Position numbers and translations under genes: made by a program | Notes under the pieces: model-generated | The model's input: only the letters and a program-made list of their open reading frames with translations | Told to the model about the DNA's origin: nothing | Databases searched by the model: none | Part shown: positions 9,178 through 17,760 of the stretch, in pieces | How positions within the stretch are numbered: the first letter of the stretch is position 1 | Layout of the letters: every line of letters starts with the position of its first letter | DNA from: a virus | Lineage: Duplodnaviria; Caudoviricetes | Virus record (IMG/VR): IMGVR_UViG_3300034071_000844 | Span: 1-36,211 of that record | DNA length: 36,211 bases | Direction: 5' to 3' (one strand)

Positions 9178-10623
9178 GTGACAGGCACTTCGGACGTAAA
9201 AACGTGGGCAGGATACCGGCGCGTGTCGCGAGTAGGCGACAGGCAAGAAACGCTGATTTCGCCTGAATTGCAGGCCGAACGCATTGAAGGCTACGCAGCA
9301 GCGCGTGGTCTGAGCGTCGAAATGCTTGACCCTGAGCTAGACGTTTCAGGCGCCAGCACCAGCAGACCGATTCTCGATCAGGCCATCGCGGATATTGCCG
9401 AAGGTCGCTACGCAGGTCTGATCGTGGCTCAGCTTGACCGGCTGTCGCGTATGGCCGTAGTCGACGCGCTGAAGATCATCGAGCGCATAGAAGGCTACGG
9501 TGGTCAGGTAATTTCGGTGGCGGAAAACTTCGACGCCGGTACACCAGAAGGCAACCTGAGCCGAACGCTAATGCTGTCAATCGGCGCGATGCAGCGCGAC
9601 CGCTACAGCGCGCAATTCAGCGATGCGAAGAAACAGGCGCTAGAACGTGGCTTGCTCGTCGGCTCGCAGGTGCCGTTCGGTTATCAGGTCAAGCGCGTTC
9701 GCGATGGTGGCGACGGCAGGCTGAAGCCTGATAAGGCAGCGGCGAAACTGGTTAGGAAAGCCTTCGAGCTTCGCGCAGCTGGCGGGTCGTGGGTTGACGT
9801 CGGCACACTGATAGGCAAGTCACCGAACGGTGCAAGATCGGTCGTACAGAATCGCGTCTATCTGGGCGAGCTACACCTAAAGCCGTTCGCGCCGAATCTA
9901 GAAGCGCACGAAGCCATCGTCGAAGTCGATCTGTGGAACGCCGCGCAGCAGGCGAAAGGCACGCGCCCTGCTCGTAATCCAGACTCGCAGCCGGTGCTGC
10001 TGGCAGGTCTGGTCAGATGCGCAGGCTGTCGGCGTCTTATGAGCGTCTATCGCGGTCAGCGTGCCTACAAGTGCAAGCGCTACCACGCGCACCAGCACTG
10101 CACCGATGCTGCGTGGGTATCGCAGCCGCAGATCGAAGCACTGGTCGAAGATTCGGTGCTGGCATACCTACGTGATCGACTGCACATCGAGACTACGCAG
10201 CAGCGCGACGAATTGGCAGCGCTTGAAGCCAGACTGACCGAAGCAGAAACTGAGCTGGCAGCATTCATCGAAGGCACGCAAGCATCTGGTGTAGCCGCTG
10301 AAGTCTTCGCCAGTGGTCTGCGTCAGCGATCAGATGCCGTCGAGACTGTTCGACGCGACCTTCAGGCAGCGCGTGGGCCTGAGCTGCCTGTCTTTTCTGG
10401 CGGCATTGACGACGTCTGGCCGTCGCTGACCGTGATCGAGCGCCGTCAGGTCATCGCTGGCACCATCGGGTCTGTATGGGTCAAGCGTGGGCGCGGCGTG
10501 CCGCTTGAAACACGCGTGAAGCTATCTAAGCCTGACGAAGATGCGCCGGGGCAGGGCTGTAAGGCACCTGCAGCGCCTGTCGACTGGTCAGCGATCACGG
10601 TCGACGTCAACCTTCAGGCGTGA
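9178..10623 (+). CDS. int: Large serine recombinase (integrase)
   Basis: YRRVS catalytic Ser, QLDRLSR, PFGY, NRVYLG recombinase domain, LAGLVRCAGC..YKC zinc ribbon and coiled coil; GAAAGGGA SD. Confidence 0.93.
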   Translation: MTGTSDVKTWAGYRRVSRVGDRQETLISPELQAERIEGYAAARGLSVEMLDPELDVSGASTSRPILDQAIADIAEGRYAGLIVAQLDRLSRMAVVDALKIIERIEGYGGQVISVAENFDAGTPEGNLSRTLMLSIGAMQRDRYSAQFSDAKKQALERGLLVGSQVPFGYQVKRVRDGGDGRLKPDKAAAKLVRKAFELRAAGGSWVDVGTLIGKSPNGARSVVQNRVYLGELHLKPFAPNLEAHEAIVEVDLWNAAQQAKGTRPARNPDSQPVLLAGLVRCAGCRRLMSVYRGQRAYKCKRYHAHQHCTDAAWVSQPQIEALVEDSVLAYLRDRLHIETTQQRDELAALEARLTEAETELAAFIEGTQASGVAAEVFASGLRQRSDAVETVRRDLQAARGPELPVFSGGIDDVWPSLTVIERRQVIAGTIGSVWVKRGRGVPLETRVKLSKPDEDAPGQGCKAPAAPVDWSAITVDVNLQA

Positions 10624-10665
10624 ATTAGGCGTGACGAAGAAATTGCAGAAAAATCGTCAATCTGG

Positions 10666-10735
10666 CTGCATACGTTGTAGCCATCTGCTACACTTCTTCT
10701 TGTAAGTCAGTCAGCTAAAAGAAAGGCAATACGAA
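10666..10735 (+). promoter_or_regulatory. Cassette promoter/operator copy A
   Basis: CTGCAT-17bp-TACACT; palindrome TGTAGC-catct-GCTACA 10676-10692; leader GTCAGTCAGCTA; GAAAGG SD. Confidence 0.85.
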
Positions 10736-11059
10736 ATGACGAATCTAACTAAGAATGAAGCAGCAGCGATGATCGCGTCACTGAATTACACTGATCGCGA
10801 AAACCAGCTGTCAGATAACTATTCGAACGCAAGCATTGAAGTGCTAATGCAGACGCTCGACTGGTCAGCCCAGCAGGTAGGCGGTCTGATTAGCAGCCTG
10901 ACCGATAAGGGGTTCGGCTTTATCGACGGTGAAAATGGTCTTGACGGCATTCTCTGGCTCACCGAAGCAGGCGTAAATGCGATATTCGACTACATCGAGA
11001 AAAACAGCGTCGATATCGGTCACAATGAAGGCACGCCCGGTATGGGCATACAGTCTTAG
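10736..11059 (+). CDS. Cassette A gene: acidic winged-helix-like protein (107 aa)
   Basis: QQVGGLISSLTDKGF...WLTEAG resembles MarR-type wHTH; own promoter, SD and terminator. Confidence 0.75.
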   Translation: MTNLTKNEAAAMIASLNYTDRENQLSDNYSNASIEVLMQTLDWSAQQVGGLISSLTDKGFGFIDGENGLDGILWLTEAGVNAIFDYIEKNSVDIGHNEGTPGMGIQS

Positions 11060-11091
11060 CACTTCAGCAGCTAAGCAGCCAGCTTCGAATT

Positions 11092-11115
11092 AGGCGCCCT
11101 ACGGGGCGTCTTTTT
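11092..11115 (+). terminator. Intrinsic terminator (shared cassette family)
   Basis: AGGCGCCC-tacg-GGGCGTC-TTTTT. Confidence 0.85.
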
Positions 11116-11204
11116 CGTGCTGTTTACGACTTCGACCTTGACCAGCTGGTCAGGTGATCGAGCAGCCAGCACCAGTCGAAGCGCCTTCGCCGCGCCTTCG
11201 ACGC

Positions 11205-12173
11205 TCACGCTGCCACCGCGTCGAACCGAATCTGCGTGCTATTCAGCCTGACCTTACAGCCGCCCGGTCGACCTGCCCTGACCTTCGCCAGCCATATTTC
11301 GGCACTTGACAGAAGCCGCGCGCCGTCATCTGGGTCGTGGTCGCGAGCGACGATCATTACGGCGTCGCTGAAATTGGCTATCGAACCTGAGCCGCGCAGG
11401 TTCGCAAGTGTCGGACGGCGAAGACGCACGCCGCTATCGTCGACGCCTTTTTCATTGAAATGGTGGCCGACCAGCAGCAGCGCGCCGGTCATACGCGCCG
11501 CGTCGACTAGGCGACTGAAGCCTGCTTCTAGCTCGCGATGGTCGCGTGCTGGTACGCGCGAAAGCAGATCGAGCGCGAACACGTCTGCTGGGTGTTCAAG
11601 CATTAGGTCAGCGATATCACCGAAGCTTGCACCTGCGACTTCGCTTGCCGTCCACGGGAAAGTCTCAGCCTCACTTACGACGCGTTCGACTTCGTCTGCG
11701 CTCAGATCACCAGCCAGCACCCTTTCTTCAGCGATAGCAGTGCGTCGCTGAATCCAGCGCGAGTCGCGATCTGCGACCGACATTTCAGAAAGCAGCAGGT
11801 GACACGACGCGCCCTGATGCGCGAAGTCTTCAAGTGTCTGGTCAATCAGAATCGACTTACCGTGACCGCGTTCACCTGCGATCACGCAGGTCGCGCCGGG
11901 TCGCAGTCCACCCATAAGGCAGGCGTTCAATTCATCGAACGGCAGCTGCCACGTCTTCTGCGGCTCGCTGGTCACTAGCTTTTCGATGCGCTTCGGCGCG
12001 TCTTCGCGCTCGTAGGTGTTATCACCTAGCGGTCGAGTCGAGCGGGCTTCGAATAGCAACGCGTCAGCGGCTGCCCAGTCGTCTGCTGATCGACTCTCGA
12101 CGGCGTCAGCAGCCAGCAGAATTGCGCGGCGACGCATCTGCCATAGCGAGTCGCCCTTATTCACCAGCGTCAC
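11205..12173 (-). CDS. DnaB-like (SF4) replicative helicase, ATPase domain
   Basis: GGLRPG..IAGERGHGKS Walker A, LSEMS, RPTLANLRGSGSI..D, AKVRAG. Confidence 0.88.
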   Translation of the reverse strand: MTLVNKGDSLWQMRRRAILLAADAVESRSADDWAAADALLFEARSTRPLGDNTYEREDAPKRIEKLVTSEPQKTWQLPFDELNACLMGGLRPGATCVIAGERGHGKSILIDQTLEDFAHQGASCHLLLSEMSVADRDSRWIQRRTAIAEERVLAGDLSADEVERVVSEAETFPWTASEVAGASFGDIADLMLEHPADVFALDLLSRVPARDHRELEAGFSRLVDAARMTGALLLVGHHFNEKGVDDSGVRLRRPTLANLRGSGSIANFSDAVMIVARDHDPDDGARLLSSAEIWLAKVRAGRPGGCKVRLNSTQIRFDAVAA

Positions 12174-12918
12174 CTATAAACGGATTCGGCTTCTTCGGTG
12201 CAGCTGCGCCCTTCGATTCTTCGATGAAGCGTTCGATATGCTCAGCGTCGCGTAGCGCCAGCTCGATTGACAGGTATTCGCGGTGCGCAGGATTTTCGCC
12301 CCTGTGGAATGGTGAAGCGGCGATGCCTTCAACCGCTGCGACCAGATCATCTGTCGACCATTCATCTAGGCGACGCCGTATCAGGTCAGATCGAGACTTA
12401 GTCAGCTTCGTGCGTGACTTACCTGTCGCCCTGACCCACGCGTTATACACGCGATAAATTTCCAGCCTCTTACTTTGTCTTGTCTTGTCTTGTCTTGTCT
12501 TGTTAGTGACTTTGCGTGACTGGTCTGTGACAGGCCGTGACAGGTCTGTGACATCGCGTGACTTTTTCTGTTCACGCGCCTTCGCCTGCCTGAAAGCAGC
12601 CTGCCATTTCGACCAGTTTTCAATCGTGCAGGCGTAGCCGCGACCGTTCGCTTCACCTGCGAGAAAACCGACGTCGATCAGCCGCTTTATGACCGACTCG
12701 ACCACGTCGCGGTCTTTCACGTAGCAGTCGTGCGCCATATCGCGGTAGGTGCCGTGAACGGCGCCACCTTCGCCTAGCGTGCTGGCGCGAGCCATAAGCG
12801 CTACGGCGATCAGCGGCCCTACTGGGCCGAATTCTTCGCCCACGACTTCGATCTTTTCGTCGCTCAGAAACTGATTGTGCATCGCGTACCAGCGCACTAG
12901 CCAGCCGCCTTCGCGCAC
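12157..12918 (-). CDS. Replication initiator protein
   Basis: N-terminal wHTH-like region ending IENWSKWQ, low-complexity repeat linker carrying iterons, C-terminal helical domain; directly upstream of helicase. Confidence 0.8.
   Translation of the reverse strand: MREGGWLVRWYAMHNQFLSDEKIEVVGEEFGPVGPLIAVALMARASTLGEGGAVHGTYRDMAHDCYVKDRDVVESVIKRLIDVGFLAGEANGRGYACTIENWSKWQAAFRQAKAREQKKSRDVTDLSRPVTDQSRKVTNKTRQDKTRQSKRLEIYRVYNAWVRATGKSRTKLTKSRSDLIRRRLDEWSTDDLVAAVEGIAASPFHRGENPAHREYLSIELALRDAEHIERFIEESKGAAAPKKPNPFIGDAGE
12475..12562. repeat. Probable replication origin: (TTGTC)x5 plus six helically phased GTGAC iterons
   Basis: TTGTC tandem 12475-12503; GTGAC at 12506, 12516, 12527, 12537, 12548, 12558; inside initiator gene as in lambda O. 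Confidence 0.7.
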
Positions 12919-13106
12919 ACGGTTTCGAAGTCTTCGATCATAATTTTCGCCAGCGATTCGATAGCCATATCGCGAATGACGTCGTAGCCGACAGTCTCGA
13001 TGACGTCCTGACGCGCCACGCCCGCTTCGTCAGCAGCCTTCGTCGCCGCAATCGTGACCAGTGTTTCGACCACGCTTTCAAGACGTGTCGGGTCGAGCGG
13101 CGTCAC
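12897..13106 (-). CDS. Hypothetical protein (69 aa)
   Basis: Coupled ORF in early operon. Confidence 0.65.
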   Translation of the reverse strand: MTPLDPTRLESVVETLVTIAATKAADEAGVARQDVIETVGYDVIRDMAIESLAKIMIEDFETVCAKAAG

Positions 13107-13513
13107 TTGCGACCGTCCAGAAAGCCAGCAGATCGAGCTTCTTCCAGATGCGAATTCATCGCCGTTTGCGCAGCAGACAGACGCTTTTCAAGCGAGCGAA
13201 AGCGTCGGTCGATCACGACTAGACGCGCTCGAAGCTCGCTGCGACGGCCATACAGCTTGCCGGTGCCTGTTTCGTCATCGCATACAGCCTTGACGACGCG
13301 TGCTTTCAGCTCAGTGGCAGTCGCCTTCGGGTGATCGTCGGCCATCTTCACGGTAGCCAGCGCTTCTGCAATTTCTAGGCTTTCTTCCACGACGCCCATT
13401 TCTTCTTGCAGCTTCGTGAATTCAGGCGTCAGCGCGGCGATGCCAGATGCGCAGCGTTCAAGCTCAGCGCGCGTGCTCGCAGTCGAATCTAGGTGCACGA
13501 TCACTTCAGTCAT
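13103..13513 (-). CDS. Coiled-coil hypothetical protein (136 aa)
   Basis: Helical heptad-rich sequence; ATGA/GTGA overlaps. Confidence 0.7.
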   Translation of the reverse strand: MTEVIVHLDSTASTRAELERCASGIAALTPEFTKLQEEMGVVEESLEIAEALATVKMADDHPKATATELKARVVKAVCDDETGTGKLYGRRSELRARLVVIDRRFRSLEKRLSAAQTAMNSHLEEARSAGFLDGRK

Positions 13514-13599
13514 CGTCGACCACCACCAGATATGGCGATCAGAAGCGCGCCGTAGACGACCAGTGCAGCCAGTGTCACTACTGCTAGCACCATCGTCAC
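13510..13599 (-). CDS. Small membrane peptide
   Basis: GTG start overlapping upstream stop; MTMVLAVVTLAALVVYGALLIAISGGGRR. Confidence 0.55.
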   Translation of the reverse strand: MTMVLAVVTLAALVVYGALLIAISGGGRR

Positions 13600-13772
13600 G
13601 ACTGCCCTACTTCGTGCGGCGCGAGCACGTAATTTCGCTGCTGCACCTTGCAGCCGCACAGACCGTCGCACAGACCGCCCCAGCGCTGCCACGATCTGCA
13701 GCAGGGGCACACCCAGACGTAGATAGACAGCGGTGGCGACTTGCGCTTCGAGTAGACAGGCAGCGCGCTCAT
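13596..13772 (-). CDS. Small Cys-rich protein (58 aa)
   Basis: ATGA overlap at 13772; VWVCPCC...CDGLCGC. Confidence 0.55.
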   Translation of the reverse strand: MSALPVYSKRKSPPLSIYVWVCPCCRSWQRWGGLCDGLCGCKVQQRNYVLAPHEVGQS

Positions 13773-14278
13773 ACAGGCACACCAGACTTCAGGTCGTGCA
13801 TCGGACGCAGCAGACCAGACGACTGCGACACCCAGTGACCGGCGATGCCCAGCTTCGGGTGCGTCTTCAGCGGCGCTGCTTGCATCGCGTCGCCAGCACT
13901 GCACCAGCCGACCAGATTCGCGCAGCAGCGCGAATAGTCGAGCGTCACCAGCACGAAGCGCCCATCGACCGGGTCGGTCGGATAGACGATCAGGTGGCCG
14001 TTCGGCCACGTAGTCGACCGCACGTGAAGATCACCGACGTCGCCTGCATAGTCGCACGTGTCCTGAGCGCCCCAGTCGACACCTAACCACGCTGCGACAG
14101 CAGATTCGCCTAGACAGCCTACGCAGTCAGTTTCGAAGCGATTCAGCGTAGGGTCAATCTGCGCCTTCTGCACGCGACCCTTTTCGAACGCGATCAGCGT
14201 GCGATGCGCAGCCACGTCGAACGCGCGACTGTACCAGCGCGCCGGGTGACGGAATGGCATTTCGACGCTATTCGTCAT
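13769..14278 (-). CDS. Hypothetical protein, possible PD-(D/E)XK nuclease fold
   Basis: Start ATG 14278; GCLGESAVAAWLG...GDVGDLHVRST pattern. Confidence 0.55.
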   Translation of the reverse strand: MTNSVEMPFRHPARWYSRAFDVAAHRTLIAFEKGRVQKAQIDPTLNRFETDCVGCLGESAVAAWLGVDWGAQDTCDYAGDVGDLHVRSTTWPNGHLIVYPTDPVDGRFVLVTLDYSRCCANLVGWCSAGDAMQAAPLKTHPKLGIAGHWVSQSSGLLRPMHDLKSGVPV

Positions 14279-14435
14279 TGAAGTCTTTCGGTGCCAGCTC
14301 GCGTAGTGGCTCGACGATCTGTTCCATCGCATCTGCGTAGCCAGCTTCGTATGCCTTGCACGCGTCGATAGTGGGCGTCACGCCCATTTCTTTCAGTCGC
14401 GCAGACACGTCGTCAATGGTCGGGCCGTCGCTCAC
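14268..14435 (-). CDS. Hypothetical protein (55 aa)
   Basis: MSDGPTIDDVSARLKEMG...AYEAGYADAM; GTGA overlap; not in ORF track. Confidence 0.6.
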   Translation of the reverse strand: MSDGPTIDDVSARLKEMGVTPTIDACKAYEAGYADAMEQIVEPLRELAPKDFNDE

Positions 14436-14623
14436 GCGTCTTCAGACCTTCCAATTTTCTTAGCGAAGTCGTAGCCGACGCCCTGCGCGACCGTCCTAGT
14501 CGGATAGATGCGATGCCGATGACGCGCAGCCAGTGGCGGCGTAATTCCACGCGAGCGCAGGCAGTCCCAGCACGTGCAGCGGTTGCGCGATTCAAGCGCC
14601 TTTATCTGCTCAGTCGCCTTCAT
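14432..14623 (-). CDS. Hypothetical protein with CxCxxC (63 aa)
   Basis: Coupled ORF in early operon. Confidence 0.55.
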   Translation of the reverse strand: MKATEQIKALESRNRCTCWDCLRSRGITPPLAARHRHRIYPTRTVAQGVGYDFAKKIGRSEDA

Positions 14624-14810
14624 CGCTCAGACTTTCTTCAAGCCGCGACAGCTGGCCGTCAGCCTTCTTCGCGACTTCGATGCGCCAGTCATTGACGTCG
14701 CCGTCATTGCCTTCGATCTTCGCGTCGTAGGCAATATCGCGAAGCAGCACGTCAATCGCTTGACGCGCCAGCCGAATGCTGATCTGTATCTTCGAGTCGA
14801 TAGCCATTAC
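14610..14810 (-). CDS. Hypothetical protein
   Basis: Likely start MAIDSKIQ near the upstream stop; helical. Confidence 0.55.
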   Translation of the reverse strand, partial: VMAIDSKIQISIRLARQAIDVLLRDIAYDAKIEGNDGDVNDWRIEVAKKADGQLSRLEESLSDEGD

Positions 14811-15229
14811 GCTGCCATCGCTCCACGCCGGTATGACTGACACCATTTCTGCACCGAAGACTTCGATATGCCTAGCTCATTCGCTATCGCGGTCGTGGTT
14901 TCGCCAGCCTCGACGCGCTGCGCGGCACGCAGTCGATCTTCTGGGCATATCTTTCCCTGCTTCCACGTGCGTTCGACGAAGCAGTCATCGGGCACGTCTT
15001 GCAGGTTCAGGTGCAGCGCCCTGACCAGAAATTCGTCTGCTGTGTAGACAGATACCCAGCGGCTTTCATTCCGCCACGCATACCAGCGTCGCGCCCAGCG
15101 ACCCTTTCGCAGATCGTCGGCAGCGCGTATGCGCTCATTTAGACCTTCTTCGCCGTAGATACTTAGCAGCCAGTCGACGAAAGGCTTCGTGTTTATGTAG
15201 ACAGCGCGCTCGCGCAAGTCGTCAGTCAT
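14807..15229 (-). CDS. HTH DNA-binding protein
   Basis: C-terminal GETTTAIANELGISKSSVQKW. Confidence 0.75.
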   Translation of the reverse strand: MTDDLRERAVYINTKPFVDWLLSIYGEEGLNERIRAADDLRKGRWARRWYAWRNESRWVSVYTADEFLVRALHLNLQDVPDDCFVERTWKQGKICPEDRLRAAQRVEAGETTTAIANELGISKSSVQKWCQSYRRGAMAA

Positions 15230-16110
15230 TAGTCGCCCTTTCTTTCGCGGGCTTGCGCCCTTAGTGCTTTATCCAGTGCCTTGCCCTGCTGGTAAAGCGA
15301 CAGGGCATCTATGAAGTGCTGCGGCTCAGCGAGCGCGGGCACCAGCTCATAGGTGCCGTCATCGCGCACGTGCAAGAAAGCCTGCTGGTCAGATTCGCCG
15401 TATCCAGATTCGCGGCAGCCAATTTCGTAGCCAGCCATCTGCACGTGATAGGTACGTCGGTCGACCGACTTCGACGTCTTGCAGTCGATCAGCCATACGT
15501 CATCGCCGCCATCGAGCTTGACGCGAGCGTCGAAGCGACCGGCGAAGCCGTGTTCGGTGCTGACGATGACCGATTCGATCTGCTCAGCTACCGGCGTGCG
15601 CTCGTCAAGAAAAGCATTCACAGCAGCCACGTAGGGCTGCGCTGCAGGTGGCACGCCGTCTATCGACTGACGCTGACCACGCAGACCGGCTTCTAGCGCG
15701 TAGTGCGTAATCGAGCCGATGTCACCAGATGCGCCGCGCGAGTCGCGCCACGTCATCTTGCGATCACGCAGCATTACGCCGACTTCGTCAGCGTTCGCGC
15801 ACCACGCGAGCGCGTCAGGCAGCTGCGCAAGCGGCGTCGACAGCACTGCGTCGTGAACGCAAGTCGCGACGTTTGTGCGTTCGATCTTCGCGCCCCACGA
15901 AATTAGGTGGTCAGGATTCGCGTCGGCATACTTCGCGATGGTCGACGGCGACCCTAGCCTGCCTTTACCGACCCATTTCCCTGCCTTTTCTTGCGCGTCA
16001 GCGTAGTAGTCGTGTGCGGCGTCGCCGTAGAAAGCAGTCAGACCGTTCGGTGTCTGGTGCTTCTGAAAGCGCCCCACCTGCTCGACGAAGCTTTCGTAGA
16101 CGGCAGTCAT
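15229..16110 (-). CDS. PD-(D/E)XK exonuclease (RecE/Cas4-like recombination nuclease)
   Basis: GSITH, FAGRFD, LIDCKTSK, QMAGY motifs. Confidence 0.85.
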   Translation of the reverse strand: MTAVYESFVEQVGRFQKHQTPNGLTAFYGDAAHDYYADAQEKAGKWVGKGRLGSPSTIAKYADANPDHLISWGAKIERTNVATCVHDAVLSTPLAQLPDALAWCANADEVGVMLRDRKMTWRDSRGASGDIGSITHYALEAGLRGQRQSIDGVPPAAQPYVAAVNAFLDERTPVAEQIESVIVSTEHGFAGRFDARVKLDGGDDVWLIDCKTSKSVDRRTYHVQMAGYEIGCRESGYGESDQQAFLHVRDDGTYELVPALAEPQHFIDALSLYQQGKALDKALRAQARERKGD

Positions 16111-16625
16111 CGGGCGACCTTTTCCTGCACGCCGAATTCTTCTGCGTAGGTGTGCAGATTGTCTGCGTCATCGAAGACCGGCACGCCGTATCGAGTCGCC
16201 AGCGCCTGCAGATCAGCGGGCGTATCACGGTGGTAGTCGCCGGTGTCGCCGTAAAGGTCAAGATGCCAGTCAGGTGCGTCAAGGCCGCGATAGTAAAGAC
16301 CGATGCATTTCGCGTATTCAGCCCTGAAGCCGCGTGTGTGAATCGCGCACTTGCCCCAGCCGATCACAGCGCCCACTACCCAGCGACAGCCGCCACAATT
16401 CCAGTAGACGTATGAGCGGTCGAAGCGCGGCATTTCTTCGTCGCGATGGTCGAAATCCCAGTAAGCGTGCAGCCCCGGCCTGCCCCAGTCTTCTGCGAGC
16501 ACTTCGGCGTAGGCCGGTCGATCATCGGGCCAGACGTACGGGTGCGACCACGCGCACAGCTGACCTTCTTCGTCAACCGTCCACAGTCGATAGCCGAAAA
16601 GCTGGCTGCCGCCACGCCGCTTCAC
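16107..16625 (-). CDS. Aromatic-rich hypothetical protein (172 aa)
   Basis: GYRLW...GLHAY...VGAVIGWG...H.RGFRAEYA; coupled overlaps. Confidence 0.7.
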   Translation of the reverse strand: MKRRGGSQLFGYRLWTVDEEGQLCAWSHPYVWPDDRPAYAEVLAEDWGRPGLHAYWDFDHRDEEMPRFDRSYVYWNCGGCRWVVGAVIGWGKCAIHTRGFRAEYAKCIGLYYRGLDAPDWHLDLYGDTGDYHRDTPADLQALATRYGVPVFDDADNLHTYAEEFGVQEKVAR

Positions 16626-16711
16626 ACTGGCACCTTCACTGGCTTAGGCAGATCAACTTCAGCCGGTGGCGGTATATCGACGGTGCGAATCTGTTCGCCC
16701 AGATCAGACAC
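16622..16711 (-). CDS. Pro-rich peptide (29 aa)
   Basis: MSDLGEQIRTVDIPPPAEVDLPKPVKVPV; GTGA overlap with the next gene; not in ORF track. Confidence 0.55.
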   Translation of the reverse strand: MSDLGEQIRTVDIPPPAEVDLPKPVKVPV

Positions 16712-16790
16712 TGTCGACCCATTCGGCAAGCCCCGGCACGACGAAAGCATCGTGAAGCGCCCGCACTAGGTCGCGTTCACGTGCATTCAT
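16704..16790 (-). CDS. Small hypothetical peptide (28 aa)
   Basis: MNARERDLVRALHDAFVVPGLAEWVDSV; fills gap after SSB-like gene. Confidence 0.4.
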   Translation of the reverse strand: MNARERDLVRALHDAFVVPGLAEWVDSV

Positions 16791-16825
16791 CGCGTCGGTA
16801 TCGGGGGCGGGGGCGTGCTGCATTC

Positions 16826-17329
16826 TCAGAAAGGGATATCGTCGCCTTCGTCGGCAGCCGCTTCTGGCTTCTGCGCTTCAGCCTTTTTCGCCTTGCCTTG
16901 AATCGCGTCATAGACGACTTCGGTCGTCTTGCCGATCAGGTCGAAGGCTTCATCGGTGGTGATCTTGCCTGCGGCTACAGCCAGTGCGACGTATGCAGTC
17001 GCAGCCTTCGCAGACGTCTGACGCTCGATGCTCGCGCCGACTGCATCGGTGCGACCAGCTGGCGCCGACGGTGCTGCGGCTCGCTGCGGCGCTGCGCCGC
17101 CTGCAAGTGAAATCAGCTTCGCGTCATCGAAGCGCGGGTGCGGCTGAAGCTCGACACCTGCCAGCTTCTGACCGACTGTCGGTGCCGCATCGCCTTCGGA
17201 CTGTTCGAGCTTCACTTTCCGATTCTCAGCGCCGCTTGCGTCATCGCGAACGGCTACCGAATACGTTGCGTTGCCCTTGTAAGTGTGTGGCGGCTTATCG
17301 CCTACCCACGTGATCGTGAAATCAGCCAT
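16826..17329 (-). CDS. ssDNA-binding-like protein
   Basis: Beta-rich N-terminus, Ala/Pro linker and acidic DDIPF C-terminal tip typical of SSB. Confidence 0.6.
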   Translation of the reverse strand: MADFTITWVGDKPPHTYKGNATYSVAVRDDASGAENRKVKLEQSEGDAAPTVGQKLAGVELQPHPRFDDAKLISLAGGAAPQRAAAPSAPAGRTDAVGASIERQTSAKAATAYVALAVAAGKITTDEAFDLIGKTTEVVYDAIQGKAKKAEAQKPEAAADEGDDIPF

Positions 17330-17528
17330 CTTTCTTCACCTGTCTTTCTTTTTCGAGTACGTACATTCGGTGTTCAAGGTCATTCAGTCGACCCAGTGCC
17401 ACCGTCAGCTGCTGCTGAAGCGAAGGGGCTGCCGGTCGAGCGCTTGCGTCGGACGCTCGACCGGCTTCGGTGCCCCCCAAGTAGCCACCGGCCCTTCGTG
17501 CTTCGTCTGTGGGTAGAAGGTGTTTCAC
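17322..17528 (-). CDS. Hypothetical protein (68 aa)
   Basis: Coupled ORF near start of early operon. Confidence 0.55.
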   Translation of the reverse strand: MKHLLPTDEARRAGGYLGGTEAGRASDASARPAAPSLQQQLTVALGRLNDLEHRMYVLEKERQVKKDG

Positions 17529-17602
17529 CCGCCGCGACTTTCTGCGATCAGGACGACTAAGACCGCGACCAGCGGCGCGAGCAGTGCTAGGACGTCGATC
17601 AT
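17525..17602 (-). CDS. Small hydrophobic peptide (25 aa), first ORF of leftward early operon
   Basis: MIDVLALLAPLVAVLVVLIAESRGG; GTGA overlap with the next gene. Confidence 0.5.
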   Translation of the reverse strand: MIDVLALLAPLVAVLVVLIAESRGG

Positions 17603-17760
17603 CTGCCGACCACCAGACAGGTCAGAAGCGGCCTTATCGGACTTCGATGTTCGCTACGGGGGTACACGACGGCCAGAAAACTAACACAGAAGCGCGACGG
17701 AAAAACTGTCAAGTGCGAAAGCGTCCGTTTTCAAGGTCGCAACCTGCAAGTATCAGAGTC

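Noticed and set aside
15229-16110. Cas4 implying a CRISPR system
   Set aside because: Generic phage PD-(D/E)XK exonuclease without the four-Cys cluster; no array
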